A DNA stretch of 64,000 bases. Source: Candidatus Latescibacterota bacterium. GTDB lineage: Bacteria; Latescibacterota; UBA2968; UBA8231. A program made the translations under genes and the position numbers. How positions within the stretch are numbered: position 1 is the stretch's first letter; each line of letters begins with the position of its first letter. The stretch lies in the NCBI GenBank assembly GCA_965248265.1, contig CBDFJF010000002.1, positions 1,216,001 to 1,280,000 on the forward strand, given 5' to 3'. Positions 35,075-44,764 of this stretch are shown here, piece by piece. The notes under the pieces are model-generated. The model was not told the DNA's origin. It did no database searches and saw nothing but the letters and a program-made list of their open reading frames with translations.

Positions 35075-37032
35075 TGCATCAGGAGCGGCCGACGTCGGGG
35101 GTAACACCCCGTTCGTTGGTCATCGGGGCCGGGCTCAGTCTGGTAATCGGCGTGGGAGTACCCTACGGCGCCCTCGTCATCATGGGCAGCCAAATGAGCT
35201 CGTTGAATGCTCCCGCCGCCTTCTTCCTGTTCTTCCTGTGGGTGGGTATCGTCCAGGTGTTGCTGGGGCTCATTCGTCGGAAGTGGGTCCTGGGCAGGGG
35301 GGAGCTGCTGACCATCTACATCATGATGGTCGTGGCCACGGCGTTCTCGGGCGGCGAGCGCAACGGCTTTTGCATGATGCTGTTGTCGAACACGGCCGGG
35401 GTCTTCTACCTGGCGACCCCGGAAAACGAGTGGGCTGAGCGGGTTCACCCCTATGTCGCAGATTGGATGGTCCCTCACGACGAGCTGGGGATTCGGTGGT
35501 TTTTCGAGGGGATGCCGGATGGCCAGTCCATTCCCTGGGGCATGTGGCTGCCGCCGCTGTTGTGGTGGTTGGTGTTCATGGTGGCGCTGTGGATGTTCAG
35601 CATCTGCGCCATGGTCATCCTCCGCCGCCAGTGGGTCGAGCACGAGCATCTGATTTACCCCATTACCAAAGTACCGCTGGCCATGGTCGAGGCGCCGTCC
35701 GCCGGAGCGAGGGTGGCGCCTTTCTTCAAGAAGCCCCTGATGTGGGTGGGCTTACTGCTGGCGTTCGGCCGCGAGAGCCTCAACGCCCTCAACCATTACT
35801 ATCCCTTCGTGCCCGTGGTTCCGCGGCGCCTGGGGAATATATCGATCATGCGGGGATCAGTTGGAATCGGATTTTCGCTGAACCTGATGATCCTTGGGTT
35901 TGTGTATTTTCTCAAACCGGACGTCATGCTCGGGATGTGGGTGTTTCATCTTCTCCGGCGCGTGGAGGAGGGAGTCCTGAACCTGACAGGGTCGGGCATC
36001 GGGGAATCGCTGTCTCGCTATGGCGGCGGTGGGGGCGTGACGGGATTGCTGGCCCATCAGAGCATCGGGGCCATGATCGCATTAGTCCTGTTCGGGCTCT
36101 GGATCGCGCGCGGGCATCTGCGGATGGTGTTTCGCAAGGCCTTTGTCGGGGACGATTCGGTGGACGATTCAGACGAAACCCTGTCCTACCGCACGGCGGT
36201 ATGGGGGGCCATCCTCGGACTGCTCGGGATGAGCGTGTGGCTGTGGCATGCGGGCCTGCCGATGTGGGTGACGCCGCTGTTTCTTTTCGGTGCAATGGTG
36301 ACTTTTGCCAGCCTGACGCGGATCGTCGTCGAGGCCGGCTTGCCCATGGTATTTCCGCGCAACATTCCCCTGGACTTCGTGATCTCGGGAATTGGAGCGC
36401 GCCATATCGGCCCCACCGGAATCGCGGCGCTGGGTCCGACGGTGATATGGACCGAATCCCTGGCCAGCTCGATGATGACACACACCGCCACCGGGTTGAA
36501 GCTGAGCGGGGAGATCGCCTATCGCAAGCGCTGGTTGTTGCTGGCGATCGTGATCTCGATCGCGGTTTCCGGGATCAGTACATTCTGGACAACCCTGTCG
36601 ATAACCTATCGTGAGGGCGGTATCAACGTCGCCGCGTTCGTGGGAGGGATGCCCGACTTTACCTGGGAGTACGTGGGGCGCCGAGTCGATGAGCATGCGG
36701 GACCGAACTGGCTGGGTTGGCTCATCCGCTTGATCGGGGGAGGGGTGATGGGGGGGCTGTTGATCTTGCAGCGCCGGTTTCTGTGGTGGCCGTTGCATCC
36801 CCTGGGGTTCGTGGCCGGCATGGACAGGGTGATGGATACGGCTTGGTTTCCAGTCTTCCTGGCCTGGTTGATCAAATCGGTCCTTTTGAAGTATGGTGGT
36901 CTGAAGGCCTACCGCTCGCTCATTCCTTTTTTCTACGGGTTGGTCCTGGGTCAGTTTTTCGCCGGAGGGTTTTGGCTGATCGTGGATTATTGTACTGGAA
37001 TGATGGGAAACGGATTGGGCATGGCCTACTGA
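35074..37032 (+). CDS. DUF6785/DUF6784-type polytopic membrane protein (putative transporter)
   Basis: GVTPRSL start, ELLTIY, LRRQWVEHEHL.YP, WWPLHPLGF, FLAWLIKSVLLKYGG, and many TM segments. Confidence 0.8.
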   Translation: MHQERPTSGVTPRSLVIGAGLSLVIGVGVPYGALVIMGSQMSSLNAPAAFFLFFLWVGIVQVLLGLIRRKWVLGRGELLTIYIMMVVATAFSGGERNGFCMMLLSNTAGVFYLATPENEWAERVHPYVADWMVPHDELGIRWFFEGMPDGQSIPWGMWLPPLLWWLVFMVALWMFSICAMVILRRQWVEHEHLIYPITKVPLAMVEAPSAGARVAPFFKKPLMWVGLLLAFGRESLNALNHYYPFVPVVPRRLGNISIMRGSVGIGFSLNLMILGFVYFLKPDVMLGMWVFHLLRRVEEGVLNLTGSGIGESLSRYGGGGGVTGLLAHQSIGAMIALVLFGLWIARGHLRMVFRKAFVGDDSVDDSDETLSYRTAVWGAILGLLGMSVWLWHAGLPMWVTPLFLFGAMVTFASLTRIVVEAGLPMVFPRNIPLDFVISGIGARHIGPTGIAALGPTVIWTESLASSMMTHTATGLKLSGEIAYRKRWLLLAIVISIAVSGISTFWTTLSITYREGGINVAAFVGGMPDFTWEYVGRRVDEHAGPNWLGWLIRLIGGGVMGGLLILQRRFLWWPLHPLGFVAGMDRVMDTAWFPVFLAWLIKSVLLKYGGLKAYRSLIPFFYGLVLGQFFAGGFWLIVDYCTGMMGNGLGMAY

Positions 37033-37072
37033 CGGCGCAATATAGCACGCAACAACGAAGGAGCTGATCGAA

Positions 37073-37903
37073 ATGCAGGATCTACGCATCGCCATGGTGC
37101 AGATGAATAGTCGGGTTGACGACCACGTCGGCAATCTGGCCACCATCGAACGCTTCACCGAGGAGGCGGCCGCGCAAGACGTCGACATCGTCTGCTTCCC
37201 CGAACTGTGCGTGTGTGGCTACAACGCCGGCGACACCTCGACGCCCGAGCCCGAAGCGCTGGAAGGGGAATCTCTCCACAGGCTCGAAGAGATTTCTCGC
37301 AACAATAAGATTACCCTGCTGGCGGGTCTGCTGGAGCGGGACGTCAGTGGCATCGTCTACAACACCCAGGTCATATGCGGCCCTACAGGGTACGTCGGTC
37401 ACTATCGCAAGACGCATGTTCCCAGCGTGGAAATCGACACCTGGTGCCAGGGTGACGCCCTTCCGGTGTTCGACCACTCCAAGGCTCGCTACGGCGTCGA
37501 AATCTGCTACGATTCCCACTTCCCGGAGGCGAGCACGATTCTGGCGGAGAAGGGTGCCGAGCTGATCTTCCTGCCGCACGCCTCACCATCGGAGACTCCC
37601 GAAGAAAAACGTGCCCGCTGGATGCGCTACGTTCCCGCACGCGCGTATGACAACAACCTCTACGTAGCTATCTGCAATCCTGTCGGTGACAACGGTGCCG
37701 GCCGTATCTTCTCCGGCGTGACCTTCATCTGCGATCCCCTCGGCGTCGTCATCGCCGAGGTGCAAAGCGGCTCCGAAGAGGAGATGATCGTCGCCGACTT
37801 GAGTGCGTCGGCGCTGGCTGAGAGTCGCAGTGATAACGTCATGTTCTTCCGCCATTACCGCCGGCCGGAAATGTACCGGCGCTGGGAGAGTGAGACCAAG
37901 TAG
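37073..37903 (+). CDS. Nitrilase-superfamily carbon-nitrogen hydrolase
   Basis: E-K-C triad in FPE, YRKTH, EICYD. ARAYDN. Confidence 0.92.
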   Translation: MQDLRIAMVQMNSRVDDHVGNLATIERFTEEAAAQDVDIVCFPELCVCGYNAGDTSTPEPEALEGESLHRLEEISRNNKITLLAGLLERDVSGIVYNTQVICGPTGYVGHYRKTHVPSVEIDTWCQGDALPVFDHSKARYGVEICYDSHFPEASTILAEKGAELIFLPHASPSETPEEKRARWMRYVPARAYDNNLYVAICNPVGDNGAGRIFSGVTFICDPLGVVIAEVQSGSEEEMIVADLSASALAESRSDNVMFFRHYRRPEMYRRWESETK

Positions 37904-37934
37904 CTGGCATCAGTTCCTTACAGAAAGGCGTACT

Positions 37935-38897
37935 GTGGAATACCGAATTTTGGGTAAAACGGGACTTCGCGTATCAGCGGTGGGCATCGGCTGTTGGCAG
38001 ATGGCCATAGACGGCAGTTGGGGAACGGGCGGAACGGATGAAGAGTCGATCGCGACCATTCAACATGCAGAAACCCTGGGGATCAATCTCCTGGACACGT
38101 CGGCCAGCTACGGGGGGGGTCACAGTGAGGAGGTGATAGGCCGTGCGTTGCAAGACCGGCGGGACCGCTACATCGTGGCGACCAAGGTCAAGCCCGTCAC
38201 CGATGACCCGGACGAGGACAATGCAAGGCAGCAGATTGTACAGATCTGTGAAGCCAGCCTGAAACGCCTGCAGACTGACTACATCGACATCCTCCAACTG
38301 CACCGCGATCCACACGAACAGACCATGGCGGCCGTCATGGACGCCCTGGCCGATCTCAAGCGCCAGGGGAAGATTCGCTGGTTCGGCATCTCATCCAACA
38401 ACACGCAAGTGATCGGTCAGTTGCAGGCACTCGGAGAATTGGCCGTCGTCCAGGTCGGCTACCACCTGATAAACCGCGGTGGAGAATCGACACTGGCCCA
38501 TGCCAAGGCTGAGAACCTCGGGACGCTGATCAGAATGCCCATGGCCTCGGGAGCACTGACCGGGAAGCATTTCAACAAGGAGCCGAGCCTCACCGGCAAC
38601 GACCTGCGCAAGTCCCGATTTACCTCGGAGAAAGGCGTCGCTGCTTTCAAGCGGCTGGCGGAATTGCTCTTTCTGACCGAAGGGGGTCGCCGCACCATGG
38701 TACAAGCTGCGTTGCGGTTCGTCCTCGACACCGACGGCGTATCGGCGGTGATCCCCGGCGCCCGAAACCGCAAGCAGCTGGAGGAGAACGCCGGGGCCGT
38801 GGATGTACCTCCACTGACTCCGGACGAGCGCTCACGGGCGATGCTCATCGCCGGTGAAGTGAGTAGTTTCTCGAGCCTGGGGGTAATTCAGGGTTGA
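37935..38897 (+). CDS. Aldo/keto reductase
   Basis: GTG start VEYRILGKTGL, DTSASYG.G.SEE, ATKV, DYIDILQLH, GKIRWFGIS. Confidence 0.92.
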   Translation: MEYRILGKTGLRVSAVGIGCWQMAIDGSWGTGGTDEESIATIQHAETLGINLLDTSASYGGGHSEEVIGRALQDRRDRYIVATKVKPVTDDPDEDNARQQIVQICEASLKRLQTDYIDILQLHRDPHEQTMAAVMDALADLKRQGKIRWFGISSNNTQVIGQLQALGELAVVQVGYHLINRGGESTLAHAKAENLGTLIRMPMASGALTGKHFNKEPSLTGNDLRKSRFTSEKGVAAFKRLAELLFLTEGGRRTMVQAALRFVLDTDGVSAVIPGARNRKQLEENAGAVDVPPLTPDERSRAMLIAGEVSSFSSLGVIQG

Positions 38898-38913
38898 CCG
38901 CCACGCCATGTCG

Positions 38914-39930
38914 TCAGCTGTCGCAGGCGACGAATTCCACCCACCCAGGTCCTCCGCCCACCTGGTGCACTTCCAGCTGTTCCAGACCCCCTGTGGCCGC
39001 ATCGATGCGATAGGAGGCCAGTCCGCCCGTGTCCTGGCCCGACACGTACAGGTACTGCCCCGTCGGATCGAGGTTGAACATGCGTGGCGTCTTCTCCGTG
39101 GCGGTCTGACCCAGCGGCGTCAGCTCCCCGGTGCCTGCATCCACCCGGTACCCGGCAATGCTGTCATGCCCCCGGTTGGAGGCGTATAGGTAACTCCCGG
39201 TCGGTGTGATCTTGATCTCGGCGCAATTGTTTTCCGATGCATCATAGCCCTCCGGCAAGGTCGTCAAGGTCTGGAAGCCATCAAGAACGCCAGTCTGCGA
39301 GTCCATGCGATGGGCCGATACCGTGCCGCCGTTCTCGTTAACTGAGTACAGGACATCCATGGTCGGGTGAAAACAGATATGCCGTGGCCCTTCCGGCGTC
39401 GACGGTGAATAGCACGGCGGATCGCTCGGGGTCAGGCGGCCGGTCGCTGCGTCGAAACGAAACTGATCGATCCGGTTCGGTGGATTGATGTGGGGGACGT
39501 AGACGAACCGGCTGCCAGGATCGGCCTGGATCGAGTGCGCATGCTGGGCCATCGTCCTCAATTCGACGGGTTGATCCTGAATCGATCCGTCCGCATCGAT
39601 GCCGTGCACGCCAATCGTGCCCTGTGTGAAACAACTGTAGAACAGGAAGCGATCGGTGGGATTGGTGTTGAGGTAGCAAGGCCCGGGCTCGATAACGACC
39701 GAATTGATCGGTTCGAGGTCACCGGTGTGACGATCGACCCGGAAACTGCCGAGGCGGTCGCTGCCCATTGTTCCAAACAGGAATCGTCCGGCGCCGTCGA
39801 CCGCCATGGCCCCGATGGAGTGCGGCGTCTCGATTGAGGTCTGAGCCGTGAGTCGCCCCGATGATGCGTCCATGCGAAATCGCGCCAATTTCCCGTCGGC
39901 TGCTCCCGATACGTACAAGTGATAATGCAT
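38914..39930 (-). CDS. 6-phosphogluconolactonase-like (Pgl/YbhE family) beta-propeller lactonase
   Basis: HAHSI, GPRHI, YASNRGHDSI, TPRMFNLDP. AGGAG RBS. Confidence 0.9.
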   Translation of the reverse strand: MHYHLYVSGAADGKLARFRMDASSGRLTAQTSIETPHSIGAMAVDGAGRFLFGTMGSDRLGSFRVDRHTGDLEPINSVVIEPGPCYLNTNPTDRFLFYSCFTQGTIGVHGIDADGSIQDQPVELRTMAQHAHSIQADPGSRFVYVPHINPPNRIDQFRFDAATGRLTPSDPPCYSPSTPEGPRHICFHPTMDVLYSVNENGGTVSAHRMDSQTGVLDGFQTLTTLPEGYDASENNCAEIKITPTGSYLYASNRGHDSIAGYRVDAGTGELTPLGQTATEKTPRMFNLDPTGQYLYVSGQDTGGLASYRIDAATGGLEQLEVHQVGGGPGWVEFVACDS

Positions 39931-40063
39931 CGCCAATCTCCTGTTGCGCCGTGCAGGATGCGCCAGGTGGTAGTGTTGATCCGGGCGGGAACGTAACAAG
40001 GCTTGCACTCCTCCGACAGCTGCCACGCCGGAAGCGGACGCTCTTCATATGGGTGCTCCCGCA

Positions 40064-40097
40064 TTGACACAGAGCGGAGTATTTCGCCTACTCTGTG
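40064..40097 (+). promoter_or_regulatory. Possible promoter overlapped by an inverted repeat
   Basis: TTGACA at 40064 and TACTCT at 40089 (19-nt spacer, suboptimal). CACAGAG/CTCTGTG inverted repeat. Confidence 0.3.
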
Positions 40098-41378
40098 GAG
40101 AGCCACGAACCCAACCAAAAGGTGACCACCTCGATGAATGCGAGTTCACGCCCCTCCGACCTGAAGATCACCGACCTGCGCACCGTCAATCTGACAGGTA
40201 CCCCCTTTCGCTCCCGGCTGGTGCGATTGGACACCAATCAGGGCATCAGCGGCTACGGCGAGATCAGGGACGGCGCCAGTGCGACCTACGCCCACATGTT
40301 GAAGAGCCGTCTGATCGGTGAGAATCCCTGCGAAGTCGACCGTTTGTTCCGGCGCATCAAGCAGTTCGGTCATCACGGTCGTCAGGGCGGGGGCGTGAGC
40401 GGCATCGAGATGGCGCTGATGGACCTGGCGGGCAGAGCTTACGGCGTGCCCGTCTACCAGCTGCTGGGAGGAAAGTTTCGCGATCGCGTTCTCTGTTACT
40501 GCGATACAGCGAGTGTTGCCGACGGTACCGAAATGGGCCGCCATCTGCGCCAGCGCATGGACATGGGTTTCGAGTACCTGAAGATGGACGTCGGTCTGAG
40601 CATTGTCCGCGACCGGGAGGACTGCATTATCGCGCCACCAGGGATGCTCGAAAGTAGAGCGGTCATGCATCCGTTTACGGGAATCCAGCTGACGGAAAAG
40701 GGCATTGGACTGATCTGCCAGTACGTGGCCGCCGTGCGCCAGGAGATCGGCTACGAGGTACCGGTGGCAACCGATCACTTCGGTCACCTGGGGCTGGAAT
40801 CCTGTATCCGCCTGGGCAAAGCGCTCGACCAGTTTTCACTGGCCTGGTACGAGGACATGATTCCCTGGCAGTTCACCGATCAGTGGGAACGGCTCGCCGC
40901 TGCCGTCGATACGCCGGTGTGCACGGGAGAGGACATCTACCTGAAGGAAGGATTCAACGAGCTCTTCGATCGCCGCGCCATCGCCATCGTCCATCCCGAT
41001 CTGGCCACGGCCGGCGGCATCATGGAGACGAAGAAGATCGGCGACCTGGCTCAGGACCACGGCATCGCCATGGCCCTGCACATGGCCATGACACCAGTGG
41101 CGGCCATGGCCTCCGTGCACTGCGCCGCGGCCACGGAAAACTTCCTCGTCCTCGAGAATCATTCCGTCGACGATCTGGAACGCTGGAGCAGTCTGGTAGA
41201 GGGGCTTCCGCGGCCGCTTGTCCATGACGGCTACATCGAAGTACCGGAGAGCCCCGGTTTGGGATTCACCGAGCTGAATGACGAGGTACTTGAAGGTTTT
41301 ATCGAAGACGACGCCGAACTGTTCGCCCCCACCAGCCTGTGGGATAGCGAGTTGTCCAGCGACAGCCTCTGGAGTTGA
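40095..41378 (+). CDS. Mandelate racemase/enolase-superfamily protein
   Basis: SGIEMALMDLAG, YLKMD, TDH, WYED, TGED, HPDLATAGG, PGLG. Start uncertain (40095-40134). Confidence 0.9.
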   Translation: MESHEPNQKVTTSMNASSRPSDLKITDLRTVNLTGTPFRSRLVRLDTNQGISGYGEIRDGASATYAHMLKSRLIGENPCEVDRLFRRIKQFGHHGRQGGGVSGIEMALMDLAGRAYGVPVYQLLGGKFRDRVLCYCDTASVADGTEMGRHLRQRMDMGFEYLKMDVGLSIVRDREDCIIAPPGMLESRAVMHPFTGIQLTEKGIGLICQYVAAVRQEIGYEVPVATDHFGHLGLESCIRLGKALDQFSLAWYEDMIPWQFTDQWERLAAAVDTPVCTGEDIYLKEGFNELFDRRAIAIVHPDLATAGGIMETKKIGDLAQDHGIAMALHMAMTPVAAMASVHCAAATENFLVLENHSVDDLERWSSLVEGLPRPLVHDGYIEVPESPGLGFTELNDEVLEGFIEDDAELFAPTSLWDSELSSDSLWS

Positions 41379-41387
41379 TGCCGGCGG

Positions 41388-42347
41388 TCACAGGAGGGAG
41401 CGGCGCTGATCGATCGCGGAGACTTCATCCAGTCTTGCGCGCAGGTCCGGGTCCAGTGACCAACCCACCCCCCCGAAAACCTCCTCCGCATGTTCGGGCA
41501 GGTCGGGACCGATGATGGCGGCACTGACCTGCTTGTGATCCAGAATCCAGGCGATGGCGACCTGGGCCGGCGTCTTCCCGAGTTCACTGCCGATATCGAC
41601 TAGGGTCCGAATCACCGATTCCACCTGGTCGGTCAGCGCGGCGCCGACATCCCTTTTCCCACCTCGGTAGAGTGCGCCGTCGGCAGCAGTCTGCCCCTGG
41701 CGGAACAAGCCGGTCAGCAGGCCGACCGCCAGCGGACTGAAGGTCATCAACCCGAGACCGTGCTTGAGGATGACCTCCGTCAGGTCATCTTCCACGACGT
41801 AGCGTTGGAGCAGGTTGTACGGATTCTGGGAAACGACCATCGGCGCCAATCCCTGTGATCGGCAGATACCGATGTGTTCCATCAGACGCCACGGCGTATG
41901 GTTGCAGGAGCCGACGTAGGTCGCCTTTCCCTGGCGTACGACGTCATCCATGGCCCGGAGGATCTCATCCGAAGGCGTGTCAGCGTCGGCGTTGTGCAGC
42001 AGATAGACATCCACGTGGTCCATCTGCAAGCGCTCGAGGCTCCGGTCGATTTCCCGCATGATGTGGTATCGTGACAGACCCTCGTCGTTTGGTCCGTCGC
42101 CGATTGGGCCCTGGACCTTGGTCGTGAGAACGACATCATCGCGTCTGCCTTTGAGCGCCTTGCCGACGATGGTCTCCGACCGTCCCCGACCGTAAAAGTT
42201 GGCGCAGTCGATGAAATTACATCCCAGGTCGAGGGCCGTGTGGATGATGCGTTCGCAGACCTTATCGTCGCTCTGCTCGCGGAAGCCGGTCCCGAGGCAA
42301 ATCCGAGACACCTTGACTCCCGCTTTGCCGAGCTGTCTGTAGTTCAT
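41388..42347 (-). CDS. Aldo/keto reductase
   Basis: MNYRQLGKAGVKVS, DCANFYG.G.SE, TTKV, DHVDVYLLH, SPLAVGLLTG. Confidence 0.92.
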   Translation of the reverse strand: MNYRQLGKAGVKVSRICLGTGFREQSDDKVCERIIHTALDLGCNFIDCANFYGRGRSETIVGKALKGRRDDVVLTTKVQGPIGDGPNDEGLSRYHIMREIDRSLERLQMDHVDVYLLHNADADTPSDEILRAMDDVVRQGKATYVGSCNHTPWRLMEHIGICRSQGLAPMVVSQNPYNLLQRYVVEDDLTEVILKHGLGLMTFSPLAVGLLTGLFRQGQTAADGALYRGGKRDVGAALTDQVESVIRTLVDIGSELGKTPAQVAIAWILDHKQVSAAIIGPDLPEHAEEVFGGVGWSLDPDLRARLDEVSAIDQRRSLL

Positions 42348-42456
42348 CTCGCCCTCGTTTCAGATTGTCCGGATCGATAGAGACAGGCAGACCGATAGTA
42401 TCACGTGACCGTTGGGCCGTGTCGAGGGGGGCGCATCCGGATAGCTCGCTATGCAC

Positions 42457-42486
42457 TTGACACAAACAGATGCCAGAAAGTATCGT
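42457..42486 (+). promoter_or_regulatory. Sigma70-like promoter for the RspA-like gene
   Basis: TTGACA-18 nt-TATCGT, about 70 bp upstream of the start. Confidence 0.45.
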
Positions 42487-42557
42487 GACGTTCAGCCCAG
42501 ATCTCACGGAACTTCTGTGCGGGCGATCGACATGAGCGGACTGAAAAGGATTATGCG

Positions 42558-43799
42558 GTGACCAACATGAAGATTCGCGATGTCAGGGCGATAATCACCC
42601 AGCCGCCCGGGGCGCGCACCCTGGTGGTCGTGAAGATGGAGACCGATGAGCCTGAACTTTACGGGCTCGGATGCGCTTCATTCTTCTCGCGGCCGACGGC
42701 CGTTGCTACCGCCGTCAACGACTATCTCAAACCCTTTCTGATTGGCAAGGACCCGGCGGATATCGAAGATCTATGGCAGTCCTGCAACACGGAGGCCTTG
42801 TGGCGCAACGGACCAGTGCTCAACAATGCCTTGAGCGGTGTGGACCAGGCGCTGTGGGACATCAAGGGCAAGGTAGCGGGAATGCCGGTGTACGAGCTGT
42901 TCGGCGGCAAATCCAGAGAAGCGGCGGCCGTGTACGTCATCCCTGGGGGCAGCGATCGGGCAGAGTACGAGGAAAACATCCACGAGCTGCTGGAACGGGG
43001 TTTCCACCACCTCAAGCTGGGATCATTTCATCCTTCGAAGCCGCCAGACGAGCCCAATCACGAGCCGGCCGTCATCACCAGCAAGGCGGGGCATCCCGGT
43101 GTGACCATCTTCGAGCCCAAGCCCCACGCCCGCAACATCGTCGATGCCTTCGAGCACTTCCGCACGACCTTCGGTCCGGACCCGGAGATCCTCTACGATG
43201 CTCACGAGCGTTTGCCGCCGATCCAGGGGCTCGCACTGGCCAAGGATGTGGAGCCGTACAAACCGTACTTCCTTGAGGATCTCTTTTCACCTGAGGACAA
43301 CGACTACTTTCGCCTGGTGCGTGAGCAGACTTCCACCCCGATCGCCATGGGGGAGTTGTACTCCAATCCCCAGGAGGTCGTCCCCATGATCAGGGACCGG
43401 CTGCTGGACTTTCTCCGGCTGCATATTTCAGCGATTGGCGGGTTGACGCCAGCACGCAAGCTGGCGGCCCTGTGCGAAGCGTTCAACGTTCGCACCGCCT
43501 GGCACGGTTCAGCCGACATCTCGCCTGTCGGGCACGCGGCCAACCTCATGCTGGACATGAACGTGTGGAATTTTGGCATCCAGGAGGCCTCCGTTTACCT
43601 GAAGACGCATGAAACCCTGAAGGAGGTTTTCCCAGGTACCCCTGAATTGCGCGGCGGTTACATGTGGCCCAATGGCAAACCCGGTCTGGGGGTGGACCTG
43701 GATGAGGAGCTGGCCGCCCGCTTTCCGGCCACAGGGCTGGGTGGGCCCAAGCTGTGGGGGGATGCCCGGCGCGCCGATGGCACCGTCATCAGGCCGTAG
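42558..43799 (+). CDS. RspA/ManD-like enolase-superfamily sugar-acid dehydratase
   Basis: GLGCASF, WRNGPVLNNALSGVDQALWDIKGK, DAHER, FLED, MGE, TAWHG. Confidence 0.88.
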   Translation: MTNMKIRDVRAIITQPPGARTLVVVKMETDEPELYGLGCASFFSRPTAVATAVNDYLKPFLIGKDPADIEDLWQSCNTEALWRNGPVLNNALSGVDQALWDIKGKVAGMPVYELFGGKSREAAAVYVIPGGSDRAEYEENIHELLERGFHHLKLGSFHPSKPPDEPNHEPAVITSKAGHPGVTIFEPKPHARNIVDAFEHFRTTFGPDPEILYDAHERLPPIQGLALAKDVEPYKPYFLEDLFSPEDNDYFRLVREQTSTPIAMGELYSNPQEVVPMIRDRLLDFLRLHISAIGGLTPARKLAALCEAFNVRTAWHGSADISPVGHAANLMLDMNVWNFGIQEASVYLKTHETLKEVFPGTPELRGGYMWPNGKPGLGVDLDEELAARFPATGLGGPKLWGDARRADGTVIRP

Positions 43800-44397
43800 G
43801 CGGCCCCCATAGGTCGGCTTCCAGAAACTCGTCCGGCGCTAAGCCCCGCGACGAAAAGCGCGCGATGCGCATGGCCCCCTTGTACCAACAGACTCGGTTG
43901 ATCCGCACTCCCACCGAGGTTTGTCCCTGTTTCAATGGGGCAAAGTCGATCTCGGTCTCCAGCTCCATCTCTCCGTTCACAAAGTGCCTGAACGTACCGT
44001 CGGCAACGACGATGGCGATGTGATACCAGGGGCCGATCTCATGTTTGAACTCTTCAGCGAACAAGACCTTGCCGTCGGCCCCAGCCTGAATACAGGTGTC
44101 CAGGAACCACTCGTCGTCGGTCAGGCGGGTTTCGAACAGCAACCGATTGTCGCTGCCATCTTCCTGGATATGGAAGAATCGTTGGGCGCTCAGTCCATCC
44201 GGATATGGTCGAAATATCAGTTCGGCAGTGAAGGCCTTGAGATCAATTAGAGGGTTGGCATCTACCACGAGTGCATCCCCTGCACCGTCGAATTCAACCG
44301 CAGTGCCCGCTTCGGTCTCGATCAATACAGGGCTGCCTACCATCTGTGTCCCATGGCCGCCAACGGAATCCATGTTGCACAGATCCCATGTGTTCAT
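43789..44397 (-). CDS. LamG/concanavalin-A-like domain protein
   Basis: AVEFDG, FTAELIF, WYHIAIV, FVNG, FSSRGLAPDEF. Confidence 0.8.
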   Translation of the reverse strand: MNTWDLCNMDSVGGHGTQMVGSPVLIETEAGTAVEFDGAGDALVVDANPLIDLKAFTAELIFRPYPDGLSAQRFFHIQEDGSDNRLLFETRLTDDEWFLDTCIQAGADGKVLFAEEFKHEIGPWYHIAIVVADGTFRHFVNGEMELETEIDFAPLKQGQTSVGVRINRVCWYKGAMRIARFSSRGLAPDEFLEADLWGPPTA

Positions 44398-44764
44398 TGT
44401 CCTACCTCTTGTGTCAGCACAGATGTGAATGGAGAGACGCAGACTGATTCGAAGGGCGACGCGGTCAGCGAACCATCAACCACATCGAGTGCGGGCCAAT
44501 ATAGCCTCTTGGCCAACACTCGGCCCACCGTGGTACAGCAGGGCCTCCCGTATCGGCGTAGCTCCCGGTGGCAGAACACTCCGCGCGTAAGGGTGGGAGC
44601 TGATCGCAGGGTTGTAGGCCGGTACGATCGGTCATGCCCTTGCGGAGAGATCTCCGGCCTCTTCATACTTGCCTTCGCTGTCGGCGGCGCTTGGCACGGC
44701 TGAGGGCCATACGCACCCGCGTCGTGCATGGCCACATCATCGGGATTGAGGGGGAGAGCCGGGT

